NCBI GenBank assembly: GCA_947446645.1
Contig: CANFHA010000009.1
Location: 73,179-137,178, forward strand
Origin: Chitinophagaceae bacterium
Lineage (GTDB): Bacteria > Bacteroidota > Bacteroidia > Chitinophagales > Chitinophagaceae
Direction: 5' to 3'
Length of the DNA: 64,000 bases
Both the position numbers and the translations under genes were made by a program. The number at the start of each line of letters is the position of its first letter. The stretch's first letter is position 1. The notes beneath the pieces were generated by a model, which saw only the letters and a list, made by a program, of their open reading frames with translations, was not told the DNA's origin and made no database searches. Of this stretch, positions 11,415 through 20,068 are shown one piece after another.

Positions 11415-11851
11415 GATGTCTTTTTTAGCTGAATGGAGATTTGGTCGTTTATGATTTGTGTTGTTAATTTAATCATATCCCGCTCAGCTGGCCCCTTGGT
11501 TACATGGCCTTCGTGGTCAAACTGGCTGCCATGCAGGGCGCAGTAATAGTTTTTTCCGGTGCGGGTAAGGGGCTGCCCGGCATGGCTGCACAGAAGTACC
11601 AGGGTAGTGTAGGTGCCGTTAGCGTTTTTTTGCACAGCCAGGTCATAGTCATAGTTGTTTACGCGTACCAGCTTATAGTCAGATTGTTCGAATTCCTTCA
11701 CGGGTATCAGCACTATATCTTCTTTGGATGAAGTTTTCACCACACCAAGCGGTGTTTTACAGGAATCCAGCAACGCGCTCAGCAGGAAACCGGAGCTCAA
11801 TGCGATACATATACCACACGATCCCTTTTTGATAAACTCTTTTCTGTCCAT
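11411..11851 (-). CDS. Rieske 2Fe-2S protein, exported/lipoprotein
   Basis: CSHAG and CALHGSQFD ligand boxes; Tat-like leader MDRKEFIK and lipobox LDSC. Confidence 0.92.
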   Translation of the reverse strand: MDRKEFIKKGSCGICIALSSGFLLSALLDSCKTPLGVVKTSSKEDIVLIPVKEFEQSDYKLVRVNNYDYDLAVQKNANGTYTTLVLLCSHAGQPLTRTGKNYYCALHGSQFDHEGHVTKGPAERDMIKLTTQIINDQISIQLKKTS

Positions 11852-11852
11852 A

Positions 11853-13115
11853 TTAGAATGAATAACCGATGCCGATATTTAAAAAAGCATTGTTGTGCTT
11901 ATAGGGCATCGCATTAGGATTTGGGTTAATAACCAGTGCTGAATTCTGGTCTCCGGTGCTCATCAGGCGCACATCGGCTTTCACTACTACGTGTGGTATA
12001 GGGAAATAACCAACACCGGCCACTATATGCGACTGCTGCAAAGTGCCGTCTATCACTCCGTTCGATGGTATGGTGGCATTCATATCCAGCATTTCATACC
12101 GTGCGAAGATGTTCAGCTGCTTATTTCTCATCTTTTCCTTTTTGGAAAGCTGAAACAGGTTGTAACCTAGTTCTGCATAGGCACCAAACATTTGTGAAGG
12201 CGTATTGTTGTCATATGCAAGATTCAGATGCTGTGCACCCGGCAGCGATATGTTCACTCCCAGCGCTTTAAAGGAGATACCGTTATTATTATACTGCACA
12301 TCTGCTTCTTCCACATAGATAGGAGTGCCAAACATGCCCGATTCCAGCTGCAGGCTATCTGCTGCACGGGGATTCAATGTAGTAGTGCCACCAAAGTAAC
12401 CAGACACCTGGAATTTCCAGTTGCCAGCGAAATATTGCACAGCAGCAGTTACCGCAAGATTGTTGGCGCCGGCAAACTGACCTTCTGCCCTGCCGCCTTC
12501 TATACCTCCGCCATGCTCAAACGCCGCGCTGTTAAGTCCGTTCACCAGGGCTACACTATAAGTAAAAGGTAGAGCTGTGGTTTGTCCGTAAAAGCCTACA
12601 CCTATCTCGCGCCAGGTAGATGGGATGATCATGGTCTCAACAAGCGGCCGTTCTACCCCATTGAAATTTATAGGCAGGTGGTTCTCATTCACGATACCTA
12701 TACGTGGCAGAAACAATCCGGCTACAATATATTGGCGTGGATTGAGGCTGAATTTGAGGTAGGCCTGTTCCATGGCTATTTCACCCGTCACGCCGCCACC
12801 TTCTACTTTTCCGTCTTCCACCTCCAGTTCAGAGAAGAAAGCGATCTTCCCGGTAAACTGGTGGCCCACAAATAGTACTGCCCTTTTAAGATCAGCAACA
12901 GATTCCTTCCTGTTGAAATCACGCTGGTACTGCACTTCTCCATATCCTGATATTACCGTTCTGGACCGGTTGCCGCCATAAGAATTGAGGGAATCCTCAC
13001 CGGTAGCCGCTACCAGCTGCTGTGCCGGTGTCAGTACCTGTGTTTTTTTAGTTTGAGCGGTTACGCTTTGTAAAGCCAATAGGCAAAGGGAAAGGCTAAG
13101 TATTTTTTTTTTCAT
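11853..13115 (-). CDS. outer-membrane beta-barrel/porin
   Basis: Signal peptide; FFSELEVE, MEQAYL, IIPSTWREIG; C-terminal IGIGYSF. Confidence 0.85.
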   Translation of the reverse strand: MKKKILSLSLCLLALQSVTAQTKKTQVLTPAQQLVAATGEDSLNSYGGNRSRTVISGYGEVQYQRDFNRKESVADLKRAVLFVGHQFTGKIAFFSELEVEDGKVEGGGVTGEIAMEQAYLKFSLNPRQYIVAGLFLPRIGIVNENHLPINFNGVERPLVETMIIPSTWREIGVGFYGQTTALPFTYSVALVNGLNSAAFEHGGGIEGGRAEGQFAGANNLAVTAAVQYFAGNWKFQVSGYFGGTTTLNPRAADSLQLESGMFGTPIYVEEADVQYNNNGISFKALGVNISLPGAQHLNLAYDNNTPSQMFGAYAELGYNLFQLSKKEKMRNKQLNIFARYEMLDMNATIPSNGVIDGTLQQSHIVAGVGYFPIPHVVVKADVRLMSTGDQNSALVINPNPNAMPYKHNNAFLNIGIGYSF

Positions 13116-13585
13116 ACGCAGACCCGGTAAAGGGGATGCAAAGAAACGCAGACATGCTGCAATCCATTTTTATAAATGGGAAAAAGTATTTACAAATAGC
13201 GAAACAAATCGGCTTTCACAGTGGATAGATATTGCTCCGAAATGCCATTAATGCCTGCTATTATTTTTAAAATAAGGTATTAGCGATATTCTATAACTAG
13301 TTATAAATCCTCCAAGACGAAGTACAAATAAAAATATCTAAAAATAATTTGTTAATTGCATATGAATAACAAACGAATTTCTATTTTGCATCGCGTTAGC
13401 AAGTGATTAACAAGCGGTTTAACGAAAAACACAACAAACGTTAACCAAAAAAGTAAAACTCGTTAACAAATAATAAACACCCCTAATTAAAATTGAAAAT
13501 CATTAAGCTACGGCGTATGAAAAACTTTACAACATTACCCTAAACAACCTGCGCAGCAACCAAGCATGCAAACGCGCAAACAACA

Positions 13586-16500
13586 GTGACAAAGGCAGGA
13601 AAAGCTTTCAGAAATTTCTGTTCAGTACTGCTGCTCACCACTTCGGCTTTGTTGGCCTCGAACGAGCTTAAAGCTCAAACGATAACAATAGACGGTAACC
13701 CGTCTGATTGGCCAGCTGTACTGGCAAACGTATCTAACCCATTTAAAGCACATGTGCTTGATACAGTAGATAATTGCAATGATAATGTGTGGACTTCAGG
13801 TTCGCATGTTACAGATGCGGTATCCAGCTGGAACTGGGACGCCGGTAATACAAGCGATAAAACAGATATGCGCAATACTGGCGTAGCACTGATAGGTCAT
13901 AAATTATATGTATGTGCAGACCTATTCTCTGCTAATGGTGATGCCGCGATCGGGTTTTGGTTGCTTAAGGGTGGCGGTGCACCGGTAGCCGGTGGTAATT
14001 TTTCCGGTGTACACCAGGATGGCGACCTGCTCATCTGTATGTTTTTTACCCACGGTCACACTACAGCTACACCGGCACTATACAGGTGGTCTGCTGGTGC
14101 AGCGGTGGCAGTATCACTGGGCACAGGAGCAGCAGCAGCAGCAACAAATGACGGCACATGTTCTGTACCATCAGGATGGCCTTATACTCCTAAATCAGGT
14201 ACTGCAGGTACTTATCCTTCCAGCTCATTCTTCGAAGGTTTTGTAAACCTGGATTCAACGGGTATCGTTTTCGATGGTTGTTTCAATTCTTATATTGCTT
14301 TAACATGGCAGTCGCAGTCTATGTCTGCATCTATGGCCGACCTTAGTTTTGGCAAGCTGCCAGTGCTGCCTTCAGTGACAGCTGATGATCGCGCTGTATG
14401 CACAGGCAGCAATGCAACCTTTACCGCTTTCGCAACAGGCGGCACCGCTCCCTACCAGTATTCATGGAACAGCGGTAGCTACTCAGCCACAAGCACACTC
14501 ACAGTAACTGCACCATCATCATCAGCAAACGAGATAGTAAGAGTAAAGGATGCTAACGGTTGCCTCTCTGTTCCGGACACCGCGCGCCTCACAGTAAATG
14601 CTGTACCAAATGTAAACGCAATATCATCACTCACTTATTGCAGTGGTAATGCTGCATCGGCTATAGCATTCAGTGGCACAGTAGCCGGCACAACTTTTAG
14701 CTGGTCAGGTACAGCAAGTGTAGGATTCGGAACAACCGGTTCCGGCAGCATCGCTGCATTTACCGCAACCAATACTGCCACATCAGCTGTTACAGATATA
14801 GTAACTGTAACTCCATCAACTGTTGGCTGCAGCGGCACAGCGAAAACATTCAGCGTAACGGTAAGCCCATCACCTGCAGCAGGTACTCTTGCCGGTGCTG
14901 AAGCCACTTGCGTTGAAACAACATCCACTTACACCTCTACTGTTCCTGGCGGCGTGTGGACCTCAAGCGCAACTGGTGTTGCAACGGTAAGTACAGCCGG
15001 TGTAGTATCGGGCATTGCGCAGGGCACAGCAAAAATAACTTATACTGTAACTAACAGCTGCGGTTCTGCATTTGTAGTGAGGACTGCTACAGTAAGGGCC
15101 TTGCCTGTTGCTGGTACCATAAGCGGAGCAGCGACAGTATGCGAGGGTGCATCTTTATCTCTTAGCAATGCAGCAGGCAGCGTTGTTTGGAGCTCTTCAT
15201 CTACAGCTACTGCAACTATCAGCGCAGGTGGTTCGGTTACAGGGGTAGCGGCAGGTACTACCACTATATCATACACAGTAACTAATACTTGTGGTAGCGT
15301 TGCCGCCACAAGGATACAGACAGTAGCTGCACTACCTGCTGCAGATACCATCACTGGGACAGCAACTACTTGTACAGGAGTTATTACTACGCTTACAAAT
15401 GCTGCAATAGGCGGTGTTTGGACCAGCGGCGCTACCAGCATAGCAACTGTAAATGCTACCGGTGCCGTAACTGGTGTTGCTACCGGTAAAGCGACTATAT
15501 CTTATACAGTAACTAATAGCTGCGGTACGGCAAGGGCATTAAAGGTGGTAACTGTAGGTGTACTTTCTTCAGCCGGCACCATCACTGGTGTTGCCAGTGC
15601 ATGTGCAGGGGCAACTACCGCACTTCATGTTTCTGCCGACGGTGGTGTTTGGAGCTCATCCGCTACCAGCATGGCAACAGTAAATGTAACAGGCACAGTA
15701 ACCGGTGTAGCACAGGGAACTGCAACAATATCTTATAGCGTAACAAACAGCTGTGGCACAGCATCAGCCACTAAGGTGGTAACAATTAATCCTTTGCCAA
15801 ATGCAGGTAGCATCACCGGTGTAGCAAGTATGTGTGCAGGTGCTGCTACTACATTAACTAATATAATAAGTGGTGGCAGCTGGACCAGCACATCAGCAGA
15901 CGTAGCTACGGTAACAGTTTCAGGCGGCGGAGCAAGCAGCCCTGGCAGCTTAACAGGCGTGGCAAGCACGGTAACAGGTGTATCAGCCGGCACAGCTACT
16001 ATATCTTATACAGTAACAAATGGCTGTGGTGTTGCATCTGCTACAAAAATGATAACTGTAAATCCATTGCCAAATGCCGGATCAATAAGCGGCACAACAA
16101 CACTGTGTGCAACTGCAGCAGCTGCATTGAGCAACACTGCCGCCGCTGGTGCATGGAGTTCATCTGCAAATAGCATAGCTACTGTAGACGCTGCAGGTGT
16201 TGTAACGGGTATTGCTGCAGGTACTGCTACTATATCTTATACCGTTGCGAACAGCTGCGGTACTGCAACTGCAACAAAAGTTATAGCAATAAATCCGCTG
16301 CCAGATGCAGGATCAATAACAGGTACGGCTACTGTTTGCGAAGAATCGTTGATCACCTTAACAAATACTGTATCAACCGGTGCATGGAGTTCTTCAGCAT
16401 CCGCAATAGCTGCTATAGCCTCTACCGGTGTTGTAACAGGTGTATCAGCAGGTACTGCAACTATATCATATAAAGCAAAAAACGGCTGCGGCGTTGCGAT

Positions 16501-19500
16501 TGCTACAACAGTAGTAACTGTAAATCCATTGCCGGATGCCGGATCAATAAGCGGCTCAACAACAGTTTGTGAAGCAGCGACTACTAACATGAGCAATGGT
16601 ACTGCAGGCGGTGCATGGACTTCATCATCACCAGCTGCAACTATAGATGCCACTGGCGTAGTAACCGGGGTATCAGCAGGCAGCGCTACAATATCTTATA
16701 TGGTAAGCAACAGCTGTGGAAGCGCAGTAACTAAAAGCGCACTTATCGTAAATCCGCTTCCAGTTGCCGGAATGATATCAGGTACAGCTACAGTATGTGC
16801 AGGTTCAGTTATCAATCTCACAGACGACGCTTTTGACGGGGTATGGAGCAGCAGCACAATCGGTACTTCGACTGTAGATGCTACAGGCGCTGTAACAGGT
16901 GTTTCTGCAGGCACTGCAACTATATCATTTACCGTTACAAATAGCTGCGGTGTTGCCAATGCTACAAAAGTAGTAACCTTAAATCCACTGCCTAATGCCG
17001 GTGCTATACCTGGCTTAGCCAGTGTATGTGCAGGGGCAACAGTGACTTTATATGCTGCTGTAAGCGGTGGTGTATGGAGCAGCGATGCAACAGATGTGGC
17101 AACAATAGATGCCGCAGGTGTGGTAACAGGTGTAGCTGCTGGTAACGCTAATATATCTTATATAGTAACAAATAGCTGTGGTGTTGCAAATGTAACCAGG
17201 GGTATAATAGTAAACCCATTGCCAAATGCAGGTGCTGTGCCAGGCGCTGCCAGCGTTTGCGCAGGTTCATCTGCCACTTTAGCTGCTGCTGTAAGCGGCG
17301 GGGTATGGAGCAGCGATGCAACAGGCGTAATCACTATAGATGCCGCAGGCGTAGTAACAGGTCTTGTTGCAGGTACTGCCTACGTATCGTATACCGTAAC
17401 CAATAGCTGCGGTGTTGCAAATACTACAAAGGTGATGATAGTAAACCCATTGCCAAATGCCGGTGCAATCACAGGTGCAACAACATTATGCGCTGGTACC
17501 ACCGTAGCTCTGGTTAACACTGCTGCTGATGGCACGTGGAGCGCATCTGAAGCTTCGGCATCTGTAAGCGCCAGCGGCATAGTTTCCGGTCTGGCTGCGG
17601 GTACCGCTACCATTTCTTATACAGTAACAAATAGCTGCGGCACCGCAGTAACCACCAACATGGTAACGGTTAATCCGCTGCCTGTAGCAGGTGCTATCAC
17701 AGGTACAGCAAACACTTGCCTGGGAACACCAATCACACTTACTAACGCGTCGAGTGGTGGCACATGGAGCTCTTCTGCAGCCGGTATCGCAAACGTAAAT
17801 GCTTCTGGTGTAGTAACCGGTGTGGTTGCAGGAACTGCTGCTATCTCTTATAAAGTAACCAACGGTTGTGGGTTTGCAACAGCTACCAGGATCGTTACCG
17901 TGAATTCACTGCCAAATGCAGGTACCATTACCGGTGCTGCAACAATATGCGCAGGTACAAATCGTTTGTTGTCAAACACAGCTACCGGTGGTATCTGGAC
18001 TTCTGGTACACCGTCCATAGCTACGGTAAGTGCTACCGGACTTGTATCCGCTATTGCAGGCGGCGTTGCAACAATATCATATACAGCTACTAACAGCTCA
18101 TGCTCAGCAACAGCAACCGCTTTCGTACTGGTTAATCCTACTCCATTTGTAAGCCCAATAATGGGTGGTTCACATGTTCGCTACGGAGCAGACACTACAC
18201 TTACAGATTCAGTAGCAGGTGGCACATGGAGCGCAAGTAATAGCTATGCAACGGTGACCGGCGGCCTGGTACACGGCGTATATCCGGGTACTGTTACTAT
18301 CTCTTACTCACTTTCGAATTGCTGCGGCGCAACTGTGGTTACCAAAGTGGTAGCAATAGACAGCCCACGCAAGTATGTGTCAGCTATTACCGGCCCATCG
18401 TTTTTATCTTGTGTAGGCAGTGTTACAGCTTACTGGAATGCAACTTCAGGCGGCGTATTCAGCATAGTTGCAGCGGACACCGGTGTTGCAAAGACTACAC
18501 CAGTTGGCCAGGTTACGGGTATAAGCGCAGGTACAGCAGTACTTAGCTATACTTACATGGGTACTACTACAACATCTGTACTGACCATCTATCCTACTCC
18601 TGCAGCTATTACCGGCTCACACACAGTTTGTAATGGCAGGCAGATAACACTTTACAACGTTACACCTGGTGGCGTATGGACAAGTGGTATACCATCTGTT
18701 GCCACAATAGGGGCGGCTGAAGGTGTAGTTACTGCGTCAAACCCCGGCGTAGTTCCAATGTATTATACACTTGTAGCGCCTGCTGGTTGCCGTGTTCAGT
18801 ATAACGTAACAGTTAATCCAAATCCTTCTGGCATTAGCGGCCCAACCAGCGTATGCAGCGGCTCAGCAATAACGCTGGCCAATGCTACACCAGGCGGAAC
18901 CTGGAGCGGATCTAATGACCATGCTTCTATAAATGCCACCGGTGTTGTTACTGGTCTGTCAGTAGGTGGTGTTGACTTTACATACACATTAGGCACAGGT
19001 TGTTTCAGCACACGAATCATAGGCATCAATGATGTTCCTGCACCGATAAACGGAAATATGAACGTGTGCAAGGGCCTGGTAACATTTATGTCTGACCTGA
19101 CCGGCACAGCGCTTTCATGGACAAGCAGCACGCCGGCTGTAGCCACCATCAGTGCTTCAGGTGCTGTAACTGGTGTTACCGAAGGTACTACTACCATTAC
19201 TTACAAAGTGACTACTGGCTGCTACACAACTGCCATAGTAACTGTGAACCCAGCACCGGTAGTTCCGGCAATACTCGGCGCAGCTACAGTATGCTCTGGT
19301 ACTCCGTCAGTATTGTCTGAACTGACACCAGGCGGTACATGGACCAGCGATCACACAACCATAATGACAATAGGCAGCAGCACAGGTATTGTAACAGCGG
19401 TATCGGCTACAGGTAGTGCCACTATCAAGTACCTGGTTACTAACAGCTTTGGTTGCAGTGCATCAGTAACAAAACTGATAACAGTTACTGCAGCAGCGGC

Positions 19501-19990
19501 CCGCAAAGCAGCAACTACTACAACCACTACAGTAGGTACCACAATGGAAATTGCTGCTGACATACGCAACGGTGAGTGGACAAGCAGCGATGATAATATT
19601 GCTATGATTGACGGTTTCGGTAATGTATCTGCTCTGTCTGAGGGTACTGTTACTATCACTCACGTCGCTACCGATGCTGATGGCCAGGTGACTACAGAAG
19701 TAACTAATGTAGTGATCAGCCAGCTGCCAATAGAAGCAGCCCTGGTGCCAAATCCTAACAAAGGTAGTTTCGTTTTAAAAGGAACAACAGGCTCTGCTTT
19801 TGATGCAACGGTGAACTACGAAATAACAAATATGGCCGGCCAGATAGTCTACAGGAATTCAGGCTTCACTACCAACGGTGTTATCGACCAGTCATTCACG
19901 CTCGATGGCAACTTTACTAACGGTATGTATGTACTTATCGTTCGTTGCAGCGACCAGCGCAAAACATTCAACTTCGTTGTAGAAAAATAA
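13586..19990 (+). CDS. giant T9SS-secreted surface protein with about 21 Ig-like (Big_2-type) repeats
   Basis: About 80-aa repeats (NPLPNAG.ITG...GGVWSSS...ATV...GVVTG..AGTATISYTVTNSCG) counted by eye; C-terminal LVPNPNKG...NGMYVLIV...FVVEK sorting domain. Confidence 0.92.
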   Translation: MTKAGKAFRNFCSVLLLTTSALLASNELKAQTITIDGNPSDWPAVLANVSNPFKAHVLDTVDNCNDNVWTSGSHVTDAVSSWNWDAGNTSDKTDMRNTGVALIGHKLYVCADLFSANGDAAIGFWLLKGGGAPVAGGNFSGVHQDGDLLICMFFTHGHTTATPALYRWSAGAAVAVSLGTGAAAAATNDGTCSVPSGWPYTPKSGTAGTYPSSSFFEGFVNLDSTGIVFDGCFNSYIALTWQSQSMSASMADLSFGKLPVLPSVTADDRAVCTGSNATFTAFATGGTAPYQYSWNSGSYSATSTLTVTAPSSSANEIVRVKDANGCLSVPDTARLTVNAVPNVNAISSLTYCSGNAASAIAFSGTVAGTTFSWSGTASVGFGTTGSGSIAAFTATNTATSAVTDIVTVTPSTVGCSGTAKTFSVTVSPSPAAGTLAGAEATCVETTSTYTSTVPGGVWTSSATGVATVSTAGVVSGIAQGTAKITYTVTNSCGSAFVVRTATVRALPVAGTISGAATVCEGASLSLSNAAGSVVWSSSSTATATISAGGSVTGVAAGTTTISYTVTNTCGSVAATRIQTVAALPAADTITGTATTCTGVITTLTNAAIGGVWTSGATSIATVNATGAVTGVATGKATISYTVTNSCGTARALKVVTVGVLSSAGTITGVASACAGATTALHVSADGGVWSSSATSMATVNVTGTVTGVAQGTATISYSVTNSCGTASATKVVTINPLPNAGSITGVASMCAGAATTLTNIISGGSWTSTSADVATVTVSGGGASSPGSLTGVASTVTGVSAGTATISYTVTNGCGVASATKMITVNPLPNAGSISGTTTLCATAAAALSNTAAAGAWSSSANSIATVDAAGVVTGIAAGTATISYTVANSCGTATATKVIAINPLPDAGSITGTATVCEESLITLTNTVSTGAWSSSASAIAAIASTGVVTGVSAGTATISYKAKNGCGVAIATTVVTVNPLPDAGSISGSTTVCEAATTNMSNGTAGGAWTSSSPAATIDATGVVTGVSAGSATISYMVSNSCGSAVTKSALIVNPLPVAGMISGTATVCAGSVINLTDDAFDGVWSSSTIGTSTVDATGAVTGVSAGTATISFTVTNSCGVANATKVVTLNPLPNAGAIPGLASVCAGATVTLYAAVSGGVWSSDATDVATIDAAGVVTGVAAGNANISYIVTNSCGVANVTRGIIVNPLPNAGAVPGAASVCAGSSATLAAAVSGGVWSSDATGVITIDAAGVVTGLVAGTAYVSYTVTNSCGVANTTKVMIVNPLPNAGAITGATTLCAGTTVALVNTAADGTWSASEASASVSASGIVSGLAAGTATISYTVTNSCGTAVTTNMVTVNPLPVAGAITGTANTCLGTPITLTNASSGGTWSSSAAGIANVNASGVVTGVVAGTAAISYKVTNGCGFATATRIVTVNSLPNAGTITGAATICAGTNRLLSNTATGGIWTSGTPSIATVSATGLVSAIAGGVATISYTATNSSCSATATAFVLVNPTPFVSPIMGGSHVRYGADTTLTDSVAGGTWSASNSYATVTGGLVHGVYPGTVTISYSLSNCCGATVVTKVVAIDSPRKYVSAITGPSFLSCVGSVTAYWNATSGGVFSIVAADTGVAKTTPVGQVTGISAGTAVLSYTYMGTTTTSVLTIYPTPAAITGSHTVCNGRQITLYNVTPGGVWTSGIPSVATIGAAEGVVTASNPGVVPMYYTLVAPAGCRVQYNVTVNPNPSGISGPTSVCSGSAITLANATPGGTWSGSNDHASINATGVVTGLSVGGVDFTYTLGTGCFSTRIIGINDVPAPINGNMNVCKGLVTFMSDLTGTALSWTSSTPAVATISASGAVTGVTEGTTTITYKVTTGCYTTAIVTVNPAPVVPAILGAATVCSGTPSVLSELTPGGTWTSDHTTIMTIGSSTGIVTAVSATGSATIKYLVTNSFGCSASVTKLITVTAAAARKAATTTTTTVGTTMEIAADIRNGEWTSSDDNIAMIDGFGNVSALSEGTVTITHVATDADGQVTTEVTNVVISQLPIEAALVPNPNKGSFVLKGTTGSAFDATVNYEITNMAGQIVYRNSGFTTNGVIDQSFTLDGNFTNGMYVLIVRCSDQRKTFNFVVEK

Positions 19991-20010
19991 GAGCTGTTAT
20001 TCAGCAAAAG

Positions 20011-20056
20011 AAAAGGGCTGTTTTGGAAGGTTAAACTCCAAAACAGCCCTTTTTTC
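20011..20056. terminator. bidirectional intrinsic terminator
   Basis: aaaagggctgttttgga / tccaaaacagccctttt perfect 17-bp stem between convergent genes, with A and T tails. Confidence 0.9.
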
Positions 20057-20068
20057 CTTTACCCTTTT

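Noticed and set aside
13586-19990. CRISPR-like or satellite periodicity
   Set aside because: The roughly 240-bp periodicity is coding Ig-domain repetition with synonymous variation
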